Below are positions 28,992 through 39,658 of a DNA stretch of 64,000 nucleotides, in pieces. Under the pieces are notes generated by a model. That model was given only the letters and a program-made list of their open reading frames with translations. It ran no database searches and was not told the origin of the DNA. The number at the start of each line of letters is the position of its first letter. Position 1 is the first letter of the stretch. This DNA comes from Candidatus Latescibacterota bacterium (lineage in GTDB: Bacteria > Latescibacterota > UBA2968 > GCA-2709665). The stretch covers positions 1,472,001 through 1,536,000 of the forward strand of contig OZ242180.1 of NCBI GenBank assembly GCA_965205485.1. Reading direction: 5' to 3'. The position numbers and the translations under genes were made by a program.

Positions 28992-31166
28992 TTATTGTCT
29001 TAACAGTTGCCTGATAACGGGCGCCTGGGGATCGTTGGGATTCAGTTCCAGCACCTTTCGAAGGTTGGCTCTCGCTTCCTCCAGTCGATTCAGCGCGCCA
29101 TAGGCCAGGCCAAGGTTGAAATAGGCATTCGTGAGCCTGGGGTTGATCTGAATGGCTTTCTGAAGATACGGGATCGCCTCTTCGAATCGTCCCATGCTGT
29201 GGTAGGTCCCACCAATGTTCAGGTACGTCTGCGCGTTGGCCAGGGCCGGTTGAAGTTCAAGTGCGGTCTCAAGGTGTTTGACGGCCTCCCCGTACCGGCC
29301 AAGGCCGTGGAATGAGGCGCCGATATTGACGTGGGCGCCCGGGTGTTCGGGTTGGATTTCAAGGGCTTTACGGAGAGGTTCGAGCGCCTCGCTGTATCTT
29401 CCCGCCTCGTTGTAGGCGGCGCCAAGATTGACAAGCGCGAGCGCGGTTTCGGGCTGGAGTTCCACGGCTTTCCTGAGGTGGTTGATCGCGGCGCCGTGTC
29501 GACCGGTCCCCAGGTACGCAGCACCCAGATTGATATGCGCCTCAGCGAGGTCGGGCTGGATCTCCGTTGCTTTTCTGAGGTGTTCGATCCCGCGGTCCGG
29601 CCGGCCAATGTCGCAGTAGATGATACCTACGGAGAGCCAGTGGCGTGGATTCTTCGGATTCGCATCGAGCGCGCGCTGGTAGGCATTCAACGCCGGTACG
29701 GTTCTGCCCTGCAGACGATAGTATGTACCCAGCGTCTCCCAACCGTATGAGCCGGCATGACCGCTGAGTCTGCCCATGAGGTGCACATATCGCGCCTCGG
29801 CGGCAACCGGGTTGGCGTTCAGGCCTATCCACAGCAGGGTGTGCAGGGCGGCGGCCGCGCAAATGACAGAGACGCTTCGGTGGGTCCGCTCGTCCTGACG
29901 ACGGCGTTCCAGCAGCGTCGCGGCGGCCCAGAGTGTGAGCGGCAGGGCCGGAAGCGCCAGGATATCCCAATCTCTGAAGGCACCGATTTCAGGGTTTGCG
30001 ATAAACGTGAAGAAGAGTGGGACCGCAGCGGCCGAAAGCAGGAATGGATGGTGACGATAGTCTTTTCCCCCGAACAAGAACACCGCCATCACCGCTGCGG
30101 GGGCCGAGAGGATCTGCAGATTGACAAAATCCAGCAGATGGGAGACGGAGACGATGCTGTAGGGCACATGAAAGCCCGGATCGGAAAACAGCGGGAGAAT
30201 GTGGTGTTTCCCACCGGTCCGCTCCAGAAATGCGCCGAAATCGAAGCCGGCGATCCAGAAGACGAGCAGGGCGGCCAGTGGGGCACTGCAAATCGCGGCC
30301 AGTTTATCCACGACGTTCTTCGATCTCGGCATCGACGTCTCGCGGCGCCGATATCCGCAGTACCCGAGGATTAGCAGGGAGGGCGCAAAGAGAACAAACA
30401 GAAAGTGGAACGGGATGAGCAGTCCCAGCACCAGCGCGGGTACGTAGAGGGGCGCCCGGCCTTCCAGACTTCGAAGACCCGCCAGCAGATACAGCAGACT
30501 GGCCGGCATATAGAAAGCGTAGTTCTCCACGTATCCGAAGAAGAGCTGCACGTATCCGGCGGTGAGAAGGATGGCGAATACCACGGATTTCTCACGGCCG
30601 TTCCTTCCGACGGTGCCGGCCGTGGCGAACGCCAGCACCAGATAGAGAAGGCCGGAAGCAAAGCTGTAGACACGGTACGTGTTTTCGGCGGTTCGCCAGA
30701 GCGCGGCGCCCGCATCATGCAGGAGCCGAATCAGAGCGAAGGTGAGCGGCGCCCGGTCGACGCGTTCTGTCATGCCGGCGTCCAGTTCCCGCAAATAGAG
30801 ATAGCCGTCGCCCAGGAGGTGCCGCGCCGACTGCAACGCAATGAATCCGGCAAGAGCCAGCAGAATGAACAGAGTGCGGACGATCCAGGTGCGGACGCCC
30901 TTGCCCCAGAGTGCGGCGGGAAGCGCCGCAAAAAGGGAGTGAATCCGTTCCCGCACGAACGGAACGAAAGCGAGTATCGCGAGCAGGATGAAAACAGCCC
31001 GTAGCGAATCGGGATAATAGTAGAGAAGGTCCGCGCCCCAGAAGGGATTGGGACGCCAGTAGGCGAGAAGAACGTGGAGACCCAGGAACGCGGCTGCGAC
31101 GGTCGCGGGGTTCCGGACTCCGATATGGCGCGGCCGCTTTGATTTTCGCGCTTGTCTCCGGCTCAA
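28992..31166 (-). CDS. Multi-pass membrane protein with C-terminal TPR array
   Basis: About 12 hydrophobic segments including LFFGYVENY and FRDWDIL, followed by about 7 TPRs (AEAHINLGAAY, NAYFNLGLAY). Possibly a GT-C-like fold. Confidence 0.8.
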   Translation of the reverse strand: MSRRQARKSKRPRHIGVRNPATVAAAFLGLHVLLAYWRPNPFWGADLLYYYPDSLRAVFILLAILAFVPFVRERIHSLFAALPAALWGKGVRTWIVRTLFILLALAGFIALQSARHLLGDGYLYLRELDAGMTERVDRAPLTFALIRLLHDAGAALWRTAENTYRVYSFASGLLYLVLAFATAGTVGRNGREKSVVFAILLTAGYVQLFFGYVENYAFYMPASLLYLLAGLRSLEGRAPLYVPALVLGLLIPFHFLFVLFAPSLLILGYCGYRRRETSMPRSKNVVDKLAAICSAPLAALLVFWIAGFDFGAFLERTGGKHHILPLFSDPGFHVPYSIVSVSHLLDFVNLQILSAPAAVMAVFLFGGKDYRHHPFLLSAAAVPLFFTFIANPEIGAFRDWDILALPALPLTLWAAATLLERRRQDERTHRSVSVICAAAALHTLLWIGLNANPVAAEARYVHLMGRLSGHAGSYGWETLGTYYRLQGRTVPALNAYQRALDANPKNPRHWLSVGIIYCDIGRPDRGIEHLRKATEIQPDLAEAHINLGAAYLGTGRHGAAINHLRKAVELQPETALALVNLGAAYNEAGRYSEALEPLRKALEIQPEHPGAHVNIGASFHGLGRYGEAVKHLETALELQPALANAQTYLNIGGTYHSMGRFEEAIPYLQKAIQINPRLTNAYFNLGLAYGALNRLEEARANLRKVLELNPNDPQAPVIRQLLRQ

Positions 31167-31282
31167 TTTCCGGTCCCTCCTGCTGTGTGCGGGACGGTTT
31201 TCTCGCTTGACGCGTGCACCCGATAAGGATAGTTTAAAGGTATCGCGTGATGAATCTACCGCCGTTGCGCTACAGAGACACT

Positions 31283-32536
31283 ATGCCGGATCCTCAACGA
31301 ACCACCTATGATCTCATCATCGTCGGCGCAGGTCCGGCGGGCGCCGCCGCCGCTCTGTACGCGTCGCGGCATGGGCTCAAGACCCTTCTCCTGGACAAGT
31401 CCACTTTTCCAAGAGACAAAATCTGCGGCGACGCCCTTTCGGGAAAAGCCGTTGCCATACTGCTCGAACTCGGACTGCTCGACAGGATTCGGGACCTGCC
31501 CGGCGCCCTCATCAACAAAATCGTCTTCAGCAGCCCGGATCATGTGGATGCCTGGATCGACCTGGAGCGGCATACGCTTCACGACATCGGTACCGGCCGG
31601 AATATCCCCATGGAGGGATTTGTCATCCGCCGCACGGTTTTTGACGCCTTCCTCTTCCGTGAGGCCAGAAACAGTGTCGACGCATGCATCGAAGGGTTTG
31701 CGGTTAAAGACCTGGTCCGCGAAAACGGAATCGTCAACGGCGTAACCGGCAGCGCCAACGGACAACAGCAGACCTACCGCGCCAACCTGGTCCTGGGCTG
31801 CGACGGCTTCAACTCCGTCGTCGCACGCCGAACAGGGCAATATCGCCACGACGGCCGCCACTGGGTTGTGGCCCTGCGTTGCTATTACGAAAACGTGACG
31901 GGACTGAAGGACCAGATCGAACTGCACTTCGTCAACGAAGTCCTTCCCGGGTACTTCTGGGCCTTCCCCCTTGAAAACGGCTATGCGAACGTTGGCATCG
32001 GCATGCTGCACAGCAGCCTCAAGCGCCGCAAAGTCAACTTGAAAGACGCGCTTCAATCGGTGATCAGCCGCCCGCCCTTCGACCGGCGATTCGCCAATGC
32101 GCGCGCCATGGAAGAACCCATCGGATGGAATCTGCCCATCGGCAGCATCCGGAGGAAGAGCTATGGCAACGGCTTCATGCTTCTGGGCGACGCCGCCGGG
32201 CTGATCGACCCCTTCACGGGGGAGGGCATCGGCAACGCCCTGTACGCCGCACGATTCGCGGCGCAAACCGCCGCCGAAGCCAGTTCGGCGAATGACTTCA
32301 GCGAAGCCTTTTTGAAACGATACGAAGACCGACTCTGGGATGCCATCGGCGACGAACTCAGGACCAGCAAGCGCCTGCAGGATCTGGGCCGCTGGCGTCC
32401 CCTGCTCAACCTCGTCATTCAAAAGGCCGCACGGAATCAACAGATCAGCGATCTCATCACCGGTATGATCGCCAACGCCGTTCCCAAGAAAAAACTCTTC
32501 AGCCCTTTTTTTTATTTCGGGCTCCTTTTCAAGTAA
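31283..32536 (+). CDS. Geranylgeranyl reductase family FAD-dependent oxidoreductase
   Basis: IVGAGPAG, FPRDKICGD, GYFWAFP and GDAAGLIDPFTGEGI. Confidence 0.9.
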   Translation: MPDPQRTTYDLIIVGAGPAGAAAALYASRHGLKTLLLDKSTFPRDKICGDALSGKAVAILLELGLLDRIRDLPGALINKIVFSSPDHVDAWIDLERHTLHDIGTGRNIPMEGFVIRRTVFDAFLFREARNSVDACIEGFAVKDLVRENGIVNGVTGSANGQQQTYRANLVLGCDGFNSVVARRTGQYRHDGRHWVVALRCYYENVTGLKDQIELHFVNEVLPGYFWAFPLENGYANVGIGMLHSSLKRRKVNLKDALQSVISRPPFDRRFANARAMEEPIGWNLPIGSIRRKSYGNGFMLLGDAAGLIDPFTGEGIGNALYAARFAAQTAAEASSANDFSEAFLKRYEDRLWDAIGDELRTSKRLQDLGRWRPLLNLVIQKAARNQQISDLITGMIANAVPKKKLFSPFFYFGLLFK

Positions 32537-32567
32537 TAGACGGATCGCTCACAAAGGAGGACGCAAC

Positions 32568-33503
32568 ATGAAATCTCCGGGCATCTCTTCGTTCCTGTGT
32601 CTTGCCGTTCTATTGTCAATTGGTACTTCCATCCATGCCAGGGAGAAAGTCACCCTTCGTGTCACGTATCCGGACGGACGCACCGTTAAATATAAGCACA
32701 AGTATTCATTAACCTTCAAGAGCGACCGATCGGAAGTCATCGTGCCGGGACGCACCAGGCGCGGATTCACTTCCGGCGAGATCAGGGGAGAGTGGCGAAG
32801 CCGGGAAATCGTCCATGCCGGCGGGGAGGGTGAATCCGGCGAAAAAGCCACCCGCCTTGTCGCAACCGTAAGCAGGGCCGTCAATGGCTTTTTCTTCGAG
32901 AACAAACGCCTCACGCACGACCAGTTCCCCTATACGCTGGAGCAGTTGGACGACTGGGAACTCACGTGGTTTCTCTCGCCGGACGGAACGGTTCAACGGC
33001 ACACAAGCGATAATTCCCCGCGGGAACTCAACCGCCCGGACATCCTGACGGACCTGTGGCAGATCTGGTCCCCCGAACTTCACCCGGCATTCCCGCAGGA
33101 CCCGGTCGGACCCGGTGACACGTGGAGCGGCGAAACGAACTTCAAAACGCCGATCCTGGTGCTGGATGACGAAGCCGTGGTCGAAGTCAAGAGCACGTAC
33201 AAGGTGAAAAACGTCGCCACCAAGAAGGGCAATAAAGTCGTCACGCTCGAGGAAGACAGAAACGTCCGTTTCAGAGCGATTCTCAATATTGGCTCTCTTC
33301 ACATGGTCGTCGACGGGACCGGAGAAGGCAATGGCACGTGGGTCATCGACGCCACACGCGGCATCGTCATCTCCCACAAAGTGCGGACGAACCTTACCCG
33401 TCCGGAGGTCAGGCGCGTCGACCACAGGAAGCCCGTGGACAACATCCGCGCAGAAATCGACCTTTCCTACGAACGGAAACTGGATAAGGTAGAAAAGGAA
33501 TAA
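32568..33503 (+). CDS. Hypothetical secreted beta-rich protein (DUF6263-like)
   Basis: AGGAGG RBS, signal peptide and a FPQDPVGPGDTW motif. Confidence 0.65.
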   Translation: MKSPGISSFLCLAVLLSIGTSIHAREKVTLRVTYPDGRTVKYKHKYSLTFKSDRSEVIVPGRTRRGFTSGEIRGEWRSREIVHAGGEGESGEKATRLVATVSRAVNGFFFENKRLTHDQFPYTLEQLDDWELTWFLSPDGTVQRHTSDNSPRELNRPDILTDLWQIWSPELHPAFPQDPVGPGDTWSGETNFKTPILVLDDEAVVEVKSTYKVKNVATKKGNKVVTLEEDRNVRFRAILNIGSLHMVVDGTGEGNGTWVIDATRGIVISHKVRTNLTRPEVRRVDHRKPVDNIRAEIDLSYERKLDKVEKE

Positions 33504-33654
33504 AAAGACAGCTATCAGCTCTCAGTTTTCAGCAATCAGCGAGAAGCGGGACCTCTCCCCCCGGCCCCCTCTCCTGAAGGAAAGGGGGAGGTAAGCCAAG
33601 AGTCGCCGTGCCGGTACATTGACCCGTGGGCGCCCAATCACCGTTCTCCCTTCA

Positions 33655-34542
33655 ATGCGCGACCAGAATAAAGCCTACCTCTACGCCATAGCAACGGTTC
33701 TTCTCTGGTCGACCGTCGCCTCCGCCTTCAAGATCACCCTCCGCTACCTGGACCCCCTTCAGCTTCTGTTCTATGCAAGCCTGGCTTCCGTATGCACCCT
33801 GGCGCTCATTGTCGTTATACAGGGCAAGAGTAGCCTTATCTTCTCGTACTCAAAACAACACTATCTGAAGTCCCTCCTGCTCGGCCTGCTCAACCCGTGC
33901 CTCTACTATGTGATCCTGTTCAAAGCTTACGATCTTCTGCCCGCTCAGGAAGCTCAGCCCTTGAACTACACCTGGGCCATTACACTCTCGCTCCTGTCCA
34001 TTCCTTTATTGAGACAACGCATAAAACCTCAGGAAATCCTTGCCCTGTTCGTGTGTTATTCGGGCGTCCTGGTGATCTCCACGCGCGGAAACGTGCTGGA
34101 CTTTCGCGTCTCAGACCCTCTCGGCGTAACGCTTGCCCTTTCCAGCACGATCGTCTGGGCCCTGTACTGGATCTACAACACGCGGGATGACCGGGACGCG
34201 GTCGTCGGCCTTTTCCTGAACTTCACGTTCGCCCTGCCGTTCATTTTCCTCCTCTGCGTGTTCTTCTCGGATATCCGCATTTCCAGTCTCAACGGCCTGA
34301 TGGGCGCCGCGTACGTCGGCGTGATCGAAATGGGCATCGCCTTCGTGTTCTGGCTCATCGCCTTGCGCCTCTCGGAGACAACGGCCAGAGTTGCCAACCT
34401 GATCTTCATTTCTCCATTCGTCTCGCTGGTCTTCATCCACTTCCTGGTGGGCGAAGCAATCCTGCCGTCCACCCCGGTCGGGCTGATTCTCATTGTCGGC
34501 GGCCTGCTGATCCAGCATCTCGGTAAGCGATCAACGGAATAA
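33655..34542 (+). CDS. DMT/EamA family transporter
   Basis: About 10 TM segments, with LWSTVASAFK, AQPLNYTW and ANLIFISP. Confidence 0.9.
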   Translation: MRDQNKAYLYAIATVLLWSTVASAFKITLRYLDPLQLLFYASLASVCTLALIVVIQGKSSLIFSYSKQHYLKSLLLGLLNPCLYYVILFKAYDLLPAQEAQPLNYTWAITLSLLSIPLLRQRIKPQEILALFVCYSGVLVISTRGNVLDFRVSDPLGVTLALSSTIVWALYWIYNTRDDRDAVVGLFLNFTFALPFIFLLCVFFSDIRISSLNGLMGAAYVGVIEMGIAFVFWLIALRLSETTARVANLIFISPFVSLVFIHFLVGEAILPSTPVGLILIVGGLLIQHLGKRSTE

Positions 34543-34582
34543 TTCCTGGATTCGTCAATCAACACTGTGAAAGGTATTTAAA

Positions 34583-34978
34583 ATGGGCAAACAACTCGAC
34601 TTCTCAAGACCTCATGTATTGCGAGACGAAGCCGAATACGACGCGGCCGTACGTGAAATCGACGGCCTGCTCGATGCCGATCCCAAACCGGGTTCAGATG
34701 AATACGAGCGCCTGGAGTTTCTTTCCGTTTTGGTACAGGCTTACGAAGACGTCCGGTTTCCCCTCGATGAAACGATGGATCCCCGGGAGGTCGTGGAATT
34801 CATGCTGGAACAGAAAGGACTCTCGCGAACCGATCTCGCCGAATGGCTGGGCGGCAGAAGCCGTGTGTCCGAATTCTACAGCGGCAAGCGGACCCTGTCC
34901 ATCCGGCAGATCAGGCGCCTGACCGAAAACCTGGGCATCCCTGCCGACCTGTTGATCACTCGCGACGGAAAGGGTTGA
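34583..34978 (+). CDS. higA: HigA-like XRE antitoxin / transcriptional regulator (no cognate toxin adjacent)
   Basis: EAEYDAAV..I..L.D..P..GS.E..RLE.L..LV.AYE, then DPREVVEFMLEQKGL..DL..GGRSRVSE..GKRTLS...LGIPADLL. Confidence 0.85.
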   Translation: MGKQLDFSRPHVLRDEAEYDAAVREIDGLLDADPKPGSDEYERLEFLSVLVQAYEDVRFPLDETMDPREVVEFMLEQKGLSRTDLAEWLGGRSRVSEFYSGKRTLSIRQIRRLTENLGIPADLLITRDGKG

Positions 34979-35117
34979 ACCGGCGATCTCCAGCGCGATA
35001 GCATCACCTGAAACGGAAAAGCCGTCAGGCTGGGCGTCAGTCCAGCTGACGGCTTCTTCGTACTTTCCACAGACGCGCCAACCACTTCGCGCCGATCGAT
35101 CCGCGAGTCAGCAGCGC

Positions 35118-35552
35118 TTATTCCCTGGATCTGAGCATGGAAAAGCCAATCGAGGCCAGGAGCAACGGCAGGGCGGCGTCGATCACGATCCACACCGCGG
35201 AAACCGTTTCCATTGCTATCGCGGTGAAGCCGGGGCTGTGCAGGTTGAAGAAATTCCAGAAAAAGAGTATGCCGACGAAAAGAAGGCCGTAAAACTGGAT
35301 GTTCGCTTCCAGATATTCGCGGGTTACGGAAGCGCCGCCGCCTTCACTGCTTGCGCCACGCTTGCGAAGGGTTCCGAAGATCACGCCCAACACGATTGCC
35401 AGCACCATGAGCGCATTGAATTTGCTCCAGTGCGGGCTGTACGGACTGGCTTCGGTGGAAGTATAATACAGGGGTTCGACGACCGTATGGATTGCCACCA
35501 CGGCGGCGACGAGCACAAGATAGACGCCTACGATGCGTTTGAACGATTCCAT
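35118..35552 (-). CDS. Hypothetical 4-TM membrane protein
   Basis: 144-aa ORF with four hydrophobic helices and an AGGAGA RBS. Confidence 0.7.
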   Translation of the reverse strand: MESFKRIVGVYLVLVAAVVAIHTVVEPLYYTSTEASPYSPHWSKFNALMVLAIVLGVIFGTLRKRGASSEGGGASVTREYLEANIQFYGLLFVGILFFWNFFNLHSPGFTAIAMETVSAVWIVIDAALPLLLASIGFSMLRSRE

Positions 35553-35764
35553 GCGGTGTTTCTCCTTTCTTCAGTGCAGTGCGCCAATGAGTATGGATCG
35601 GGTGACGAACCGTAACTGTACTCAAACAGAAATCGGAGAAATATAGCTCGCGCAATTGAGAGCAACAAACAAAACCCCTCGGTCCCGGAAATGAGTCGCG
35701 CCGCAGGATGGCCGTGGATTCTCGTTCAGGTGCCACAGGGACGACGTCAAGGGACGATTCAGGC

Positions 35765-37213
35765 CTACAGAAACGGAAACATCTTCTCCGGCTCGTACCC
35801 CGGCATCACCGACCGGTGTTCACGGGCTGTAACCAATCTGTCGCCATCGGTAAATCCCTCGGGCCGACCTTCGAGAAACCGGATCAATCGCTTCCGCCAC
35901 GGGGATAACAGGTCATCGGCGCCTTCCCCCAACGCCAGGTCACGCGTTTCGTGCGGGTCCTCGTCCAGGTCGAACAGGTGTTCCCGGCCGGTCTGGGTGA
36001 ACCAGATGTACTTGTGGCGACCGTCCGTCACATACTGATTTCCATGCTCGTATGCGTAGCACCCCGAGTGTTCGCCGTGCAACACCTCGCGTACGCCATC
36101 CGATTCGCCGCGCAACACCGGCAACAGGCTCTTGCCCGTACACGTTTCCGGCACGTCCAGGCCGCACGCATCCAGAATTGTCGGCATGATATCCTGCAGA
36201 CCCACCGGCGAACCGCAGGTGACAGATTCAGGCGCCCCCCAACTCCGTGGCGCCCGGATGAGAAACGGCACCCGCGCTGAAGCCTCGAACGGCCACGTTT
36301 TCCGGAACAGGTGGTGGTCCCCGAGCATCTCTCCATGGTCCGACGTGAATATGATGAGACTCTCGTTCAGGATGCCGCGCGCGACTTGAATCAACCTCCC
36401 GATCTGATCGTCGATGAAATTCACCATCCCGTAGTACGCCGCGCGTGCGCACTGCATGTCGTAGGCGTTCAGACAGATCTCCGAAGCGTCCGGATCCAGC
36501 CCCTTCGGCGGTGCCTCGAACTGAGCCGCCCAATCTCCGACGACCGGCTCCGGCAACGCGCGATTGATATAGCGGTCGTAGTAGACCCGCGGCGGGGTCA
36601 GCGGTGGATGCGGATCGATGAACGAGAGGTTCAGGAAGAATGGCACAGACGGATCCCGCTTCTGAAGAAACGCCATCGCCCGGTCCACGCACCAGAACGT
36701 GTGCATCTGTTCTTCGGGCAGATGGTGCGGCCGACCCACCCAGCCGTTGGACGAGATGCCATGGGCCATCCCCGGATCCACCTCCGTGCGACCGTGTCGT
36801 TCGCGCAGCCAGTCCACATAGTCATTTTCCCGCCCCCGAGTGCCGTCCGCAAGCTGCATGTGGTCGAATCCGTACCGTTTGCGTGCCGGCGACAGGTGCA
36901 ACTTCCCGATCATCTCGGTCTGATATCCCGCCCTCGACAGTTCTCCGGCCAGGGTATGCCGCGGTTCCCACTCGGTTCCCTGAAACCCCACCACGCCGTT
37001 TGCAGCCGGCGCCGTGCCGGTCATCAGAGAACGCCGTGCGGGGATGCAGCTGGGGCACTCGGAGTAACCGCGGCCAAACATCGCCCCCGAGTTGCCCAGC
37101 CAGTCCAGGTTGGGCGTCTGAAGGACCTCCGGCGCATTCGGGTCCAGGCCCACGCAATCCCCTCGCTGCTGATCGGTCATGATCAACACCACATTTGGCC
37201 GCGTTTCCGCCAT
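35765..37213 (-). CDS. Arylsulfatase / sulfatase-family hydrolase
   Basis: PNVVLIMTDQQR, formylglycine motif CIPARRSLMTG, GKLHL, PHPP and SDHGEMLGDH. Confidence 0.93.
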   Translation of the reverse strand: MAETRPNVVLIMTDQQRGDCVGLDPNAPEVLQTPNLDWLGNSGAMFGRGYSECPSCIPARRSLMTGTAPAANGVVGFQGTEWEPRHTLAGELSRAGYQTEMIGKLHLSPARKRYGFDHMQLADGTRGRENDYVDWLRERHGRTEVDPGMAHGISSNGWVGRPHHLPEEQMHTFWCVDRAMAFLQKRDPSVPFFLNLSFIDPHPPLTPPRVYYDRYINRALPEPVVGDWAAQFEAPPKGLDPDASEICLNAYDMQCARAAYYGMVNFIDDQIGRLIQVARGILNESLIIFTSDHGEMLGDHHLFRKTWPFEASARVPFLIRAPRSWGAPESVTCGSPVGLQDIMPTILDACGLDVPETCTGKSLLPVLRGESDGVREVLHGEHSGCYAYEHGNQYVTDGRHKYIWFTQTGREHLFDLDEDPHETRDLALGEGADDLLSPWRKRLIRFLEGRPEGFTDGDRLVTAREHRSVMPGYEPEKMFPFL

Positions 37214-37225
37214 TTGCCACTCCTT

Positions 37226-38464
37226 TCACACAATGCCCAGCGCCGTGTCTATCTCTGCCTGATAGGCGTCCGTTTCGCCGCTTTCGACCTCAGCCATCTG
37301 TACCGCACGGCCTGCCACGGCTGACTCGAATACCGCGTAGACAGCCGCCACGTCCTTCATCCCCTCCGTTCCATCCACCTCCACTTCCCCGCCCTCCGCA
37401 ATGGCCTCGCCAAACTCGTAGTACTCCATGGCAAGAAGCTTCCAGTCGACCTCGGGATCAGCCGACGTCAGCCCCGTGGGAAAGAAGTGGGCAGCCAGCG
37501 CTTCCTGTTCGAAGCCCTCAGCCTGCGCGAGCATCTCTTCCTGTTCCTGGAACTCTTCGCGCCCCCGGCGCATCCGAACCCGGCCTCCTCGGGTCCCATA
37601 ACCCTCAATGCACCCCTCCGTGCCCAGAATCAATTGCGTACTGCAACCCCCGTATCCCCCCAGTCCGACCACCCAGCTCACGGCGGCGCCGCCGGCCATG
37701 CGAAACATCGCCAAAGACGAATCCTCAGCGTCGGCCGGGACCACAGGAGCCATGTCTTCGTATTGTTTCCTGTAAAACTCGTAAGGCCTCCACATCGAAT
37801 CGGACTTCCGCCGCACAGGCTCCACGAGCCGCGCGTCGCCGTACACTTCCTGAATATCCCCCAACTGATAGCGGATCAGGTCGGCATAGTGTACCCCCAT
37901 GTCCACCAGCGGCCCGCCACGATTCTTGAGGTGGCGCCATGGCGTAATGAAGATCCGGTCCCCCTCGCTTACCGCGTGAAACAGACCCATGTACGGTGTC
38001 CCTATTGCGCCGCTGGTTACCATGTGGTGAGCCAGCCGTGCCGACGGGTCCCGCCGGTAATTCTCCGCCACGGACAGCACGCGTCCGTTCCGGTCCGCGG
38101 CCTGAATCATCATATGACAGGCCCGAACGGTAATCGCCATCGGTTTTTCAACCATCACGTGCAGTCCGAGATCCAGCGCTTTACAGGTAACCTCGTGGTG
38201 CATCGCGGGATCGGTCACAACGTCGACGGCATTCAGTTCCGGCATCGCGGCCGCCATAGCCTCGAGGTCCGCAAAGACCGCGGGATTCACCCCCAGCAGC
38301 TTTTCGGCCTCCGCGGCCGCCAAACCGGCATTATCCGGTTTGATGTCGCACACCGCCTTCAGGTCAATCCTGTTGAACGGCGTCTGCGCGAGCGTCCGCA
38401 GGCCGTACAGGTGTCGCGTTCCCATACCGCCGCACCCTACCAGTCCCAGGTTGATCCGGTCCAT
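37226..38464 (-). CDS. Gfo/Idh/MocA family oxidoreductase
   Basis: GLVGCGGMG, HVMVEKPMA, ENYR and DMGVHYAD. Confidence 0.92.
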   Translation of the reverse strand: MDRINLGLVGCGGMGTRHLYGLRTLAQTPFNRIDLKAVCDIKPDNAGLAAAEAEKLLGVNPAVFADLEAMAAAMPELNAVDVVTDPAMHHEVTCKALDLGLHVMVEKPMAITVRACHMMIQAADRNGRVLSVAENYRRDPSARLAHHMVTSGAIGTPYMGLFHAVSEGDRIFITPWRHLKNRGGPLVDMGVHYADLIRYQLGDIQEVYGDARLVEPVRRKSDSMWRPYEFYRKQYEDMAPVVPADAEDSSLAMFRMAGGAAVSWVVGLGGYGGCSTQLILGTEGCIEGYGTRGGRVRMRRGREEFQEQEEMLAQAEGFEQEALAAHFFPTGLTSADPEVDWKLLAMEYYEFGEAIAEGGEVEVDGTEGMKDVAAVYAVFESAVAGRAVQMAEVESGETDAYQAEIDTALGIV

Positions 38465-38762
38465 ATCGGTCTCTTTTGTCAGAATTCCGTGCTCACCTGC
38501 TTCAACACCGCTTGACACAAGGGGGATGTTCGATTTTCTTCAAAGGACGGGAAGACGTAAGCCGGGAGAGGGGAGAGATTGTCTGCCTTGTGAGGTTTCT
38601 TATCGTGCCGGAGGCCAGGAAGAAAAAATATCGGGCAAGGATGTCTTCTGCCGTCTTACGTCTCCCGTCTCCCCGCATTTCTTCTACCGTCTACCGTGAC
38701 TCCACTCTACCCGATTCTCCCGCTTTTTCCTTTTTCCTTCTTCCTTCTTCCTTAGGTTTTTT

Positions 38763-39614
38763 ATGATCCCCATCGGTTTCAGCACCTACGCCACGCAGAA
38801 CGTCCACGTCTTCGATGCCCTGCCGAGAATCCGCGCGATCGGCTACGACGCCATCGAAATCGCCATCGGTGACGCGTGGCCGACGGCGCCACACAAGCTC
38901 GATCGGAAGACCCGGCGCAGACTCGCAGATACCGTGCGGGATCTCGGCTTCCCGCCACCCGTCCTCTTCGGCCCTATCTCAACGTGCGCACGGAACGGCG
39001 AGCGAGGCGCGGTCCTTGCACGTTTCATCGAGAACTGCGTCCTCGCCCGGGACCTGAATTTCGGCGACGACCCCGCCATCATCACGACCACGGTGAGCGG
39101 TCCCCTCACGAATTGGAATACCGACAGGGACGCCGTCGCTGCTGACCTGGTCGAACTTGCGGATCTTGCAGCCGAACATCACGTCATCCTGGCGGTGGAA
39201 CCGCACGTCGGCGCAATCCTGGACACACCCGAAAAAGCGGCGTGGCTCATGGTAAACACCCGACATCCCAACCTCAAGATCCACTTCGACCACAGCCACT
39301 TTCATGTGCAGGGCATCGACCTCAGGCACGCCGCCAATCTCTGCCTGCCCGACACCGTCCACATCCACATCAAAGACGGATACATGAAAGACGGCGCTGT
39401 GACTTTTCTGTTGCCGGGCGAAGGAAGCCTCGACCTCAACGAATACTTCAAGACCCTGCTCGATGCCGGAACCGAAGTCCCCGTTGGCGCGGAAGTCAGC
39501 GCCATGATCTGGAGCCGGCCCGGGTACGACCCGTGGCAGGCCGCGGATTTCTGCTACCGTACGCTTGCCTTTGCCAGGGAGCAGGCCATCGTCGAATCAT
39601 CGACGCCGGATTGA
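38763..39614 (+). CDS. Sugar phosphate isomerase/epimerase (xylose isomerase-like TIM barrel)
   Basis: GYDAIEI, LAVEPH, FDHSHF, HIHIKD and PGEGSLD. Confidence 0.88.
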   Translation: MIPIGFSTYATQNVHVFDALPRIRAIGYDAIEIAIGDAWPTAPHKLDRKTRRRLADTVRDLGFPPPVLFGPISTCARNGERGAVLARFIENCVLARDLNFGDDPAIITTTVSGPLTNWNTDRDAVAADLVELADLAAEHHVILAVEPHVGAILDTPEKAAWLMVNTRHPNLKIHFDHSHFHVQGIDLRHAANLCLPDTVHIHIKDGYMKDGAVTFLLPGEGSLDLNEYFKTLLDAGTEVPVGAEVSAMIWSRPGYDPWQAADFCYRTLAFAREQAIVESSTPD

Positions 39615-39658
39615 ACCGAGCTGACAATCCGGTTGTCGAAAACCCGGTTTTCCGGATG

